18,776 nt of DNA from an uncultured Pseudomonadota bacterium. Lineage in GTDB: Bacteria > SAR324 > NAC60-12. Below, piece by piece: positions 1-7,951 of this stretch (its first letter is position 1; each line of letters opens with the position of its first letter). The position numbers and the translations under genes are program-made. Below the pieces are notes generated by a model. It saw only the letters and a list, made by a program, of their open reading frames with translations, searched no databases and had not been told where the DNA came from. The stretch lies in contig CAJWCD010000075.1 in assembly GCA_913020725.1 (NCBI GenBank), positions 1-18,776 of the forward strand, in the 5' to 3' direction.

Positions 1-93
1 CGACTCAACAACCGGCCACGGAAATGTCTTGGCTTCAAGACTCCAAATCAGCTATGCTCAGGAATCAACCCACCTGTTGCACTTACGAGTTGA
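1..93 (+). CDS. IS30-family transposase, C-terminal end (partial, runs off the window)
   Basis: Frame 1 reads RLNNRPRKCLGFKTPNQLCSGINPPVALTS*, the characteristic IS30 C-terminal motif LNxRPRKxLGxxTP...VAL; TGA at 91-93. Not in the ORF track. Confidence 0.9.
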   Translation, partial: RLNNRPRKCLGFKTPNQLCSGINPPVALTS

Positions 94-100
94 ATCCGCG
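75..100. mobile_element. Right terminal inverted repeat of the IS30-family element
   Basis: TGTTGCACTTACGAGTTGAATCCGC overlaps the transposase stop, the usual IS30 arrangement. The exact end is uncertain because the left IR is outside the window. Confidence 0.7.
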
Positions 101-127
101 GTCCCCTGTTTAGGAAACAGGTGCTTT

Positions 128-197
128 GGCGGCTCCGCTGCGCTTGAGCCTCCCTCCGGAATGAGGTGTAGGGCGGATGAAGCAGAGCGCATCTGCC
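128..197. repeat. Doublet of REP-like palindromes (GTAG type) in opposite orientation
   Basis: 168-197 is GTAG-GGCGGATG-aagcagagcg-CATCTGCC (GTAG head plus imperfect GC-rich stem). On the minus strand 128-157 reads GGAG-GGAGGCTC-aagcgcagcg-GAGCCGCC, the same architecture with a similar loop. Confidence 0.55.
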
Positions 198-213
198 TTT
201 TCACGCGCTTTTC

Positions 214-3200
214 TTATCCACGAGGGAGTTTGGCGTGCCGGAGTTCCGCGAGCAGGGCTTGCATGGGATGTCGGGGCACGAAGCCTGCGAAGCGTTTGGT
301 TTGTGAGCGGCAGGAGTAACCCGTGGCCAGCACTTGCTGACGGGCGAGAGCATCCTCCGGAAGGCGTTGCTGCCAGCTCATCTCAAAAATGCCCCGCGAC
401 TCAGCTTGATGTTCGCGCTCGTGGCCGTAAGTCCCCGCCATTCCGCAGCAGCCCACCGCAACGAGGGTGAGGTCGAGTCCAAGCGTCCGGAAGAGCTCCT
501 GCCACTGTTTTTGCGAGAGTTGCGCTCCCGTTTTTTCCATGCAATGTCCGAAAAGCTGATAGGGCTGCGAGGCCATCCGATTTTCCGATTTTCGGGCCGC
601 GAGGCGTTCTGGATGCTGGAGCAGGAATTCCTGTGGGAGCAACACGGAAAAGCCCAAATCCGCTTGAGCGAGGATTTTTGGATACTCGTCCCGATAGGTC
701 AGCACCACGCTGGGATCAATGCCCAGCAGCGGCACTCCGGTTTCTGCGATTTTCCGCAGGTGGTCCGCGTTTTTTTCAGCGGTTTTGTGGAACGAGTGCA
801 GGAAGCCCTTGACGTGCAGGGGCTTGCCGTTGGGCCGGAACGGGGCGAGGTAGACTCGGAAACCAAGCTCGAGCAGTAGATCGTACAGGTCCAGCACCAC
901 CGGGGATTCGTAGAAGGCGGTGAAGGCGTCCAGCGTCAGTGCCACACTTGCGGATTTCTGCTCCGGGCTGAGGCGGTGGAGACGGTCGGGATCAGCGGTG
1001 GGAACGCCGCGCTCGTGTAGTCGTGCCCATGTTGATTCTGGGCTGAAGCGCGGCACGTCCACCAAGCCGAACTTCCGGAGCAGCACCTGAGATGCGGAAA
1101 GGTCAAGCAGCGTGTTGGCAAGCGCAGGAATTCGGGAAAGCCAGCGTCCGCTCCATTCGGTGCTGCCCACGAAATAATCCCGCAGCGGGCGCAGGTAGCG
1201 GGTGTGGTAGGCCTCGAGGAACTTTGCCCGGAATTCCGGGATGTCCACATGGATCGGGCACTGGGTCGCGCAGGCTTTGCAGGCGAGGCATCCGGACATG
1301 GCCTCGTACACTTCATGGGAAAAATCGGACTCGCCCTGTTGCTTGTGCCACAAGTTTTGCAGTTTTTGCAGCCAATCGGCTTGTGGTGGTCGGTGGTCGG
1401 TGGTTGGTAAAACTCGGTCCCTTTGGAACTTTGGAACTTTGGAACTTTGCCCCTCATGCAGAGAGAGTTGCCTTAACCACTCGCGCAGCAGTCCAGCCCG
1501 ACCTTTCGGCGAGTGGCGGCGATCCCGCGTGACCCGCGAGGAGGGGCACATGACGTCGTGCGGCTGGTAGTTGAAGCACGCGCCATTGCCGTTGCAACTG
1601 ACTACGGCGTCGAACTCGCTGTGGAGGTCCGGGTGAATCTGCCGATCCTGCTGCCCGCGCAAGGGAGCCTCCACGCCCACGGGTTCATCTGATGACGAAA
1701 GCGGCGTGACGATCTTGCCGGGATTGAGACGGTTGCAGGGGTCAAAGGCTTCCTTGATGCGCCGCAGTTCGGGGTAGAGTTCCCCGAAGAATTCCGGGGT
1801 GTACTCGCTGCGGAAGCCGCGTCCGTGCTCGCCCCACATCACCCCACCGTACTTGCGGACGAGTTGCATGACGCCATCCGAAATCTCCCGGAGCCAGCGT
1901 TCCTGCTCGGGTTCCTTGAGGTCGAGTGCGGGCCGGACGTGGAGGCAGCCGACATCGACGTGCCCGAACATCGCGTAGTCGAGGCCGTAGCTTTCCAGCA
2001 GTGCCCGGAACTCCCGGATGTAAGCGGCGAGGTTTTTCGGAGGCACGCAGGTGTCCTCGACAAACGGAATCGGCTTGCGGGCGCCCTTGGTGTTGCCGAG
2101 CAACCCCACGCCCTTCTTGCGCAGGTTCCACAAGTCGCCCATCTCGCTCGGCGTGGTGGTGCGGTAATAGCCCGTCGCCTGTCCGGGTTCACTCCGGTTA
2201 GCATCCAGCCGCTCGCACAATTCCGAGATTTCCTGCGCCAATTCCTCCGGGGAATTTCCAATGAATTCGACAAGGTTGATGGTGCGGGTGAGGCGGGTGC
2301 CTTCGTCGGTCAGGAAGTCCCGGACTAGCGGGTAAATTTCGTCCTCCTTGGCGAGTTCAAGGATTTTTTCGTCAATCGTTTCAATCGCAGCAGGATTGGA
2401 TTCGACCAGTAATTCAGCGGCAGTGAGCGCATCGTCAAAGCTCTCATATTTGACGACCAGCAACTCCGTGTGCCGTGGCAGCGGCGTGAGCCGTAGTTTG
2501 GCTTCGGTGATCACCGCCAGCGTGCCCTCAGAACCTGCAAGCAGGTAGTTGAGGTTGAAGCGGCCATCGTCGTTCCCGTACACCTTGGCGAGGTTGTAGC
2601 CCGTCAGGAAGCGGCTCAGTTTGGGAAAGACCCGCTCAATCACCTCCGCTTTTTCCGTGACGATCTCGTCCACCACCCGGATGGCCGAACCCGCGAGTCC
2701 GTTCTCGGATTTCAGTTGCGACAAGGCTTTGTCCTCCCACGGTTCGACATCGAGCTTGGAGCCGTCCGAGAGAACGCAGGTCAACTCAAGCACATGGTCA
2801 CTGGTGCGCCCATAAATCCGGGAACCTTTGCCGCAGGCGTCCGTGTTGATCATGCCGCCGAGCGTGGCGCGGCTGCTCGGCGAGAGGTTCGGCGCGAAAA
2901 ACACGCCGTGGGGTGCAAGCTGGTCGTTGAGTTGATCCAGCACCACTCCGGGTTGCACACGCACCCAACCTTCCTCCACGTTGATAGCAAGGATTTGGTT
3001 CAGGTGACGCGAACAGTCAAGGATGATACCCTCGGAAAGCGACTGTCCGTTGGTCCCGGTGCCTCCGCCGCGAGCGGTGATTTTGATGTCCTGAAAACGT
3101 GCTTCGGAGGCGAGCCTGAGTGTGCGCTGGACGTCCTCGGCGTTCCGTGGGTACACCACCGCCTGCGGGGTGATCTGGTAGATGCTGTTGTCGGTCGCGG

Positions 3201-3321
3201 TCACGAGCCGGGTGCCGAAGTCGTGTCGCAACTCTCCGGAAAAGCCTTGGGCGGCCAGCGCGGCCAGAAAGTCGCGGGTGAGCCGTGGAGTCTGTTCGGT
3301 GAGGGTGAGTCGTGGGATCAT
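214..3321 (-). CDS. ydiJ: FAD-binding and (Fe-S)-binding oxidoreductase, YdiJ/D-2-hydroxyglutarate dehydrogenase-like
   Basis: 1035 aa; N-terminus MIPRL..., ATDNSIYQ, ARGGGTGTNGQ FAD motif, GEHGRGFRSEY, CNGNGAC and CLACKACATQCP Fe-S motifs, C-terminal CCGMAGTYGHE and ATGYSCRSQ. Confidence 0.88.
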   Translation of the reverse strand: MIPRLTLTEQTPRLTRDFLAALAAQGFSGELRHDFGTRLVTATDNSIYQITPQAVVYPRNAEDVQRTLRLASEARFQDIKITARGGGTGTNGQSLSEGIILDCSRHLNQILAINVEEGWVRVQPGVVLDQLNDQLAPHGVFFAPNLSPSSRATLGGMINTDACGKGSRIYGRTSDHVLELTCVLSDGSKLDVEPWEDKALSQLKSENGLAGSAIRVVDEIVTEKAEVIERVFPKLSRFLTGYNLAKVYGNDDGRFNLNYLLAGSEGTLAVITEAKLRLTPLPRHTELLVVKYESFDDALTAAELLVESNPAAIETIDEKILELAKEDEIYPLVRDFLTDEGTRLTRTINLVEFIGNSPEELAQEISELCERLDANRSEPGQATGYYRTTTPSEMGDLWNLRKKGVGLLGNTKGARKPIPFVEDTCVPPKNLAAYIREFRALLESYGLDYAMFGHVDVGCLHVRPALDLKEPEQERWLREISDGVMQLVRKYGGVMWGEHGRGFRSEYTPEFFGELYPELRRIKEAFDPCNRLNPGKIVTPLSSSDEPVGVEAPLRGQQDRQIHPDLHSEFDAVVSCNGNGACFNYQPHDVMCPSSRVTRDRRHSPKGRAGLLREWLRQLSLHEGQSSKVPKFQRDRVLPTTDHRPPQADWLQKLQNLWHKQQGESDFSHEVYEAMSGCLACKACATQCPIHVDIPEFRAKFLEAYHTRYLRPLRDYFVGSTEWSGRWLSRIPALANTLLDLSASQVLLRKFGLVDVPRFSPESTWARLHERGVPTADPDRLHRLSPEQKSASVALTLDAFTAFYESPVVLDLYDLLLELGFRVYLAPFRPNGKPLHVKGFLHSFHKTAEKNADHLRKIAETGVPLLGIDPSVVLTYRDEYPKILAQADLGFSVLLPQEFLLQHPERLAARKSENRMASQPYQLFGHCMEKTGAQLSQKQWQELFRTLGLDLTLVAVGCCGMAGTYGHEREHQAESRGIFEMSWQQRLPEDALARQQVLATGYSCRSQTKRFAGFVPRHPMQALLAELRHAKLPRG
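1385..1449. repeat. Two adjacent short tandem repeats inside the ydiJ-like CDS
   Basis: (GGTGGTC)x2+GGTGGTT+GGT at 1385-1408 and (CTTTGGAA)x3+CTTTG at 1421-1449, read directly. Confidence 0.9.
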
Positions 3322-3345
3322 GGGAAAATCTGGGTTTTTTGTTTT

Positions 3346-4181
3346 TCAAGCCAAGGGTTTCAGCAAGCCCATCAACTTGTATTTCCGCCCGTGCTTTGCA
3401 GACACTTCCGCGTAATACTTTCGCCATTGCTCCATGCCCCCGGAAACTTCGTAGGAGAGCGGACCCTGCGCAGCCAATCGGCGGCGTGGTGGTAGAGTTG
3501 CGCCTTTCCTGAGTCCATGATTTCCTCGGTGATGGTCTGAAAGATGAGCAGCGCCTTTTTCGGCTCATCCCCTGCCAAGAATTTTCCTCCCTGCTTCAGC
3601 AGTTCCCGGAGCCGATCAGTGGCTTAGTCTGCTTCCCAGTCATTCCCGTACTCGCACGCGCTGATGGCCTCTGGCAAATGTACTGCACCTGCCTCCGAAA
3701 CGGTTCCGGGTCAAGCGCCGGACAAGGCTTGGTGGCCGCTCCGGAATCCTCGTCATCTGAAACGGTGCGCCACGAGGTGGTTTCCAAATCGACCATTTCC
3801 AGCGCTTTCGGATCGTCTTGCACTAGCCGCTGCACGAGTTCTTGAAGTTGCTTCCGCTCCAAGGGGGCGAGCATGTCCGCAAGGCTCGGACGTTCGACCA
3901 GCGTTTCCGGTTCGTGCAGGCAAGTCAGCAACACGGCAACGAAGTGCTTGCACCAACCGCCCCTGTCATAGGGACAGGAGCATTCCCCGGAACACAAGCC
4001 ACCCTTATCGAAGTTGATCCAAACGCGGTACGGCTCCGCTGCCTGCGACTTCAGCGTGGATGACGGATCCACGTCGCGTCAGCGTCAGCACCGCCCCGTT
4101 GCTGTAGTAGTCCTTGCCAAGCTCGAACGAGTTCCCTCCTGCCTGTTTGCGGATGTTGGCCTCACTCAATCCTGGAATCAT
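3346..4181 (-). pseudogene. SWIM zinc-finger family protein pseudogene
   Basis: ATG 4181 with SD AAAGGAG; reads MIPGLSEANIRK...AEVAGS, frameshift (~4040) to EPYRVWINFD...CSCPYDRGGWCKH (SWIM CxC-xn-CxH), frameshift (~3677), in-frame TAA (3624-3626), then IMDSGKAQLYHHAADWLRR, frameshift (~3458) to ...HGRKYKLMGLLKPLA* (TGA 3346-3348). Confidence 0.85.
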
Positions 4182-4229
4182 GTCGTCTCCTTTTTTTAGG
4201 TCCGTGCCAGTTGAAGTGTGCTTCCGGAG

Positions 4230-5051
4230 TCAATCCCGAAACTGCGCGGGGCGTTTTTGCATCATTGCCTCTGCAGCTACGGTGAGGTCGTCGGAGAGCA
4301 GCAGTGCCGCATTCCACGCCGCCACATAGCGCAAACCTTCGGACACTGAATGATCGCGGGCGTGGAGCAAGATTTCCTTGGTGCCTTGCAACGCGAGGGG
4401 AGATTTATCCGCAAGGCTTTGTGCGAGTTTGCGGGTTTCTTCGAGCAGGGATTCCTGAGCTTCAAAGCAGCGATTCACCAGTCCAAGTGCTTGGGCTTCA
4501 CTGCCGAAAACCTTGCGGGCGGTGAGGGAGAGTTCCAGTGCAACCCCGTGGGTGACGAGATGGGGCAGGCGCTGGAGAGTGCCCACATCGGCGGTGATCG
4601 CGAGATCAACTTCCTTGACCTGAAAGACGGCAGCGGCGGTGCTGTAGCGCAAATCGCAGGCCGTCACCAAATCCACCCCGGCCCCAATGCAAGCTCCGTG
4701 GATGGCGGCCAGCACGGGCTTGCGACAACGCTCGATCGCGGTGAATGAGTCCTGAAGTTCGAGGATGTGCCGTCTCAGCCGCTCCCGTTTGCGGGCTTCA
4801 CAGCTCTCCTGCATGGCCTCCTGCTGAGTTTTTCCCAGCAACGAGAGGTCAATTCCGGCGCAGAAGTGCTTTCCGGCCCCCCGCAGAATCACCACGCGGG
4901 TCGAGGAAGTTTCGTCAATTTCCTGAAACGCTTCGCCGATGGCGGACCAAAGCGCACCGTCCAGTGCGTTTGCCTTTTCAGGGCGGTTGAGCACCAATTC
5001 GGCAATCGGACCATCTTGGTTGAGTTGCAATCCGGAGTTTTCAAAAGTCAT
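4230..5051 (-). CDS. Crotonase/enoyl-CoA hydratase family protein, Delta(3,5)-Delta(2,4)-dienoyl-CoA isomerase (ECH1)-like
   Basis: LNRPEKANAL, FCAGIDL, AIHGACIGAGVDL and KEVDLAITADVGTLQRLP (Glu/Asp pair typical of the ECH1 subgroup); 4-nt ATGA overlap with the upstream gene. Confidence 0.9.
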   Translation of the reverse strand: MTFENSGLQLNQDGPIAELVLNRPEKANALDGALWSAIGEAFQEIDETSSTRVVILRGAGKHFCAGIDLSLLGKTQQEAMQESCEARKRERLRRHILELQDSFTAIERCRKPVLAAIHGACIGAGVDLVTACDLRYSTAAAVFQVKEVDLAITADVGTLQRLPHLVTHGVALELSLTARKVFGSEAQALGLVNRCFEAQESLLEETRKLAQSLADKSPLALQGTKEILLHARDHSVSEGLRYVAAWNAALLLSDDLTVAAEAMMQKRPAQFRD

Positions 5052-5998
5052 GGCGTTGCAGTCAGGGTATCAAGGGTTGCCCAGTGCCGCAGGGAGGCCA
5101 GCGGTACGGAGATTTCATCGAGGGCCGCACACGCCGCATCCAGCCGGACTTGCATCCACGTTTCCATGCGTTCCGTCATTTCGTTGGCAGTGATACGCTC
5201 CAGCAACCATGCGGGTTTTTCCGCTTCCGAAAGCGTGTCGAGTTCGCGGCGCAACTGTTCCCGTGTTGCAGGAGTGCCCTGTTCGTGAAGCAGCAGGCAA
5301 ATCGGCAAAAGCGGACGACCTGCGCCGAGAGCAGTGCTGAGGGCTTCCGGATCACGGCCCGTTTGCCAGTCCTCCGCCGCCTGTACGGCGACACCGAGGT
5401 TCAGGCCGTAATCATAGAGTGTGGTTTGCAGAGCGCTGTTTGCTCCGGACCAGATCGCCCCGCATTTCGCTCCGGAGGCAAACAGGCTGGCGCGTTTCTG
5501 ACGGATCATCGGCTCCCACTGCTGGGGGGTGAGGCTCCAGAGGTCTCCAGAAATTTCGAGGATTTGCCCACGGGCGATGTTCTTGGTGAGCAGGGCGACA
5601 GTTTCGAGGATGTCGAGATTGCCGAGGCGTGTGAGCGTTTGGAAGGAGATCGAAAGCAGGTAATCTCCCAACAAAACGCTCGCTTCACTGCCCCAAAGTT
5701 GCTGAACCTCGTGCTGTTGGCGGCGGGCGTTTTCGGCAATCTCGAGATTACGGTGCAGCAGGGCCGCAACATTGAGATATTCCAACACGGCGGCGACTGT
5801 GTGCAGGTCTTGAGTTACACCGCCAAGGCTCCGGCAGGTTTCCAAGACCAGAGCGCTACGCAAGGGCAGGTGCCGGGCCAGCACGACCTCGACCACTGCC
5901 GGAAGCATCGAGAGTGTTTGATCTACGTTAGCGGCAATTGCTTCCTGGACCAAGCGGTGGTCGTCTTCGGGCAGTGGGGGCATGGAATCAAAAGGCAT
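5048..5998 (-). CDS. Polyprenyl synthetase (IspB-like) family protein with degenerate catalytic motifs
   Basis: Aligns by eye with trans-prenyltransferases (RR..., WGSEASVLLGDYLL, IARGQ, YGLNLGVAVQ, GRPLLP), but FARM reads LLHRNLE and SARM reads QAAEDWQ. Start is ATG 5998 (TTG 6007 alternative). Confidence 0.8.
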   Translation of the reverse strand: MPFDSMPPLPEDDHRLVQEAIAANVDQTLSMLPAVVEVVLARHLPLRSALVLETCRSLGGVTQDLHTVAAVLEYLNVAALLHRNLEIAENARRQQHEVQQLWGSEASVLLGDYLLSISFQTLTRLGNLDILETVALLTKNIARGQILEISGDLWSLTPQQWEPMIRQKRASLFASGAKCGAIWSGANSALQTTLYDYGLNLGVAVQAAEDWQTGRDPEALSTALGAGRPLLPICLLLHEQGTPATREQLRRELDTLSEAEKPAWLLERITANEMTERMETWMQVRLDAACAALDEISVPLASLRHWATLDTLTATP

Positions 5999-6013
5999 GT
6001 CAGACAAAGCAGA

Positions 6014-6844
6014 TCATTGGGGGATGTCCGGAAGGCTGAGGTGGTAGATTTCCATCACAAGTGCAGTCAAAAAACAGAGAAAGCCTAGAATCGGCCAAAC
6101 GGCCGTCCAGCGTCCCGGAGGCGGCTCGAGTTGCCGATGGGTCAGCAGTACGGCGTACACAAACCAGATGGCGACCGAAAAACTTAGGCGTCCGGAGACG
6201 GCCCCTGCGGAAAAACCATCGCCCAGCACTGCGCCCAGCACCAAGCCCAAGGTGAGCATCAAAAAACCCAGACGAATGGCGTGGGTCGAGATGCGGTCCA
6301 AGGTGCCCAAGGCTGGAAAGTGCTTGAGGACGGGCTGCATGAGCTTCGCTTTCAGTTGCCGTTCCTCATAGAGAAACAAGGCACTGGCAAGACAGGCCCA
6401 ACCGAAGAGAATGTAGCCCGCGACAAAGCCGATGATGTGCAGGCTGAGCAGGGCGTGGTAGAGCCAGTGTTCGTGTTCAAGCAGTTGCAGTCCGGGAATT
6501 TCGCTGCCGGAGAGCACCACGGCAATTCCCAACAACAGGATGGCAAACACCCGCACCACTACCAGATTGAGCAACGCCTTCAGCCGTTGCGGGATGGTCA
6601 ACACGAGGGTGACACAACCCCACGCAACCACGCTGAGCAGGTCTTCGGCTAGGCTGGCGGGCCAGATCGAAAGCAGGGGCAGCATGAGTCCCAGCACCAC
6701 CGTGTGCAGTGCCCAGCCCACCCGCAAGCCTTGGTGGTCCAGCCAATGCGGCAACACCTGCGAGTGGTGGGTCAGGGCAGCCCCCCAACTCAGGAAATAG
6801 AGGGCCAAGGTTCCCCAGCCTCCTGCTTGAACCCAGGCATCCAT
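6014..6844 (-). CDS. Cytochrome c assembly (CcsA/YpjD-like) inner-membrane protein
   Basis: About 8 hydrophobic segments; WALH and SLHI His sites; LFLYEERQLKAK...FPALGTLDR...GFLMLTLGLVLG matches the CcsA/YpjD C-terminal half. Start uncertain (ATG 6844 preferred; 6913 or 6931 possible). Confidence 0.75.
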   Translation of the reverse strand: MDAWVQAGGWGTLALYFLSWGAALTHHSQVLPHWLDHQGLRVGWALHTVVLGLMLPLLSIWPASLAEDLLSVVAWGCVTLVLTIPQRLKALLNLVVVRVFAILLLGIAVVLSGSEIPGLQLLEHEHWLYHALLSLHIIGFVAGYILFGWACLASALFLYEERQLKAKLMQPVLKHFPALGTLDRISTHAIRLGFLMLTLGLVLGAVLGDGFSAGAVSGRLSFSVAIWFVYAVLLTHRQLEPPPGRWTAVWPILGFLCFLTALVMEIYHLSLPDIPQ

Positions 6845-6950
6845 CAGGGACGTGCTTTGAAAGGTTGGCGGGGGGAGACGGGAACGGCACTCATGGCAGA
6901 TGCGGCCTCTCATTTTGGGATAGGTTTCCAAGAAAATTCAGCATCGGCTC

Positions 6951-6979
6951 AGTGTACCCGACCCACCGCAGAGGGTCAA
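6951..6979 (-). promoter_or_regulatory. Sigma70-type promoter for the ccsA-like gene run
   Basis: Minus strand TTGACC-17 bp-TACACT. Confidence 0.6.
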
Positions 6980-7065
6980 CGGCCTTGCCCAGATTCGGCG
7001 GAAGCGCGCGAGTTCCAAGGCTGGCAGGATTCTTGGATGGCCTTGGCCGAAACGATGCCGATGCC

Positions 7066-7275
7066 ATGACTCCACGATTCCTGATTCCGGTGCTGCTGGT
7101 GTTCCTATTTGGAATGCTGGGCTGCCAGTCTTCCCAGCCAATCCATCCGCTCAAGTACAACGATCCCCATGTGTTCAAGTCAGATGCCTACACAAAATGC
7201 GGGCAGCACTACGCCATTGTCGAGCAAGGCTCCGACTATGTCCTTGTGGAGTGCCTGCGGCCTTATTCTGAGTGA
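7066..7275 (+). CDS. Small putative lipoprotein (69 aa)
   Basis: MTPRFLIPVLLVFLFGMLG-C: basic N-region, hydrophobic core, lipobox-like MLGC; two further Cys in the mature part. Confidence 0.65.
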   Translation: MTPRFLIPVLLVFLFGMLGCQSSQPIHPLKYNDPHVFKSDAYTKCGQHYAIVEQGSDYVLVECLRPYSE

Positions 7276-7278
7276 GGG

Positions 7279-7602
7279 TCAGGCCGCGTCGAATTCAGGG
7301 AAGAGTTCGAGTTGCTGGAGATCGCTGAGTTGCAGGAATTCGAAGGTCTGCTGGAGGAGGCTCGGATTGACTTTCCGGACGTAGGAATGGCGCAGACGGA
7401 GTTGGTGGAGCTTCTGCACCTTGCCAAGCGCGTCCTCCTGATCCCGGAACCAGAGGGAGTGGGATTGAGTCACGCCGCCAATGTACCCCCAGCGTAGCAG
7501 CACCTGCCAGCGCATCCGTTCCAACTCCGGAATGACCTCACGCCATCCCAGCCAGTAAAAACGCCGCCCTTTGCCTCCCTGCCGCTCGTAGTAGAGGTGC
7601 AT
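7279..7602 (-). CDS. Stand-alone WGR-domain protein
   Basis: RRFY...VLLRWGYIGG...F..QEDA...RLRHSY follows the WGR pattern (FY, WGRIG, terminal GY) with substitutions; GAGG upstream of the ATG. Confidence 0.65.
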   Translation of the reverse strand: MHLYYERQGGKGRRFYWLGWREVIPELERMRWQVLLRWGYIGGVTQSHSLWFRDQEDALGKVQKLHQLRLRHSYVRKVNPSLLQQTFEFLQLSDLQQLELFPEFDAA

Positions 7603-7651
7603 CGGCCTCAGCCCCGTGCTAAGGAACGTCGCTGTCCGGAAACTTCCGGAA

Positions 7652-7750
7652 TCAGCGGTTGAGGACGATGAGCGTCAGGAAGTAGGTGGTGGGCAACACC
7701 CAGAGGATGTGAAGCACCGCGAAGATCATGGCGATAATGCTGCCGTCCAT
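7652..7750 (-). CDS. 32-aa hydrophobic single-pass membrane microprotein
   Basis: MDGSIIAMIFAVLHILWVLPTTYFLTLIVLNR*; SD GAGGAG 6 nt upstream; codons mostly C/G-ending; below the ORF-track length cutoff. Confidence 0.65.
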   Translation of the reverse strand: MDGSIIAMIFAVLHILWVLPTTYFLTLIVLNR

Positions 7751-7784
7751 AGTCTGCTCCTCGGTTGGTTGCCGGAAATTGCTC

Positions 7785-7812
7785 CACGCCTAAGACAAGG
7801 TTCTTAGGCGTG
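7785..7812. promoter_or_regulatory. Perfect 11-bp inverted repeat (hairpin or operator) upstream of the microprotein
   Basis: CACGCCTAAGA-caaggt-TCTTAGGCGTG; no U-tract on either side. Confidence 0.6.
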
Positions 7813-7951
7813 TGTCGTCGTCTTCCAAGCTTGGGGAGGTGGACCCTCCCGGTGAAGCGGGTCTTTCGGGATGCCATGGGGCGAGGGTGCAAGTTTGTGC
7901 ATGTTGCTTGTCCAGCAGGGTTCACAAAGCTTGCCACGCTCCAGTCCCGTC

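Noticed and set aside
5084..6088. 334-aa plus-strand ORF
   Set aside because: Antisense shadow of the prenyltransferase-like gene; no recognisable motifs.
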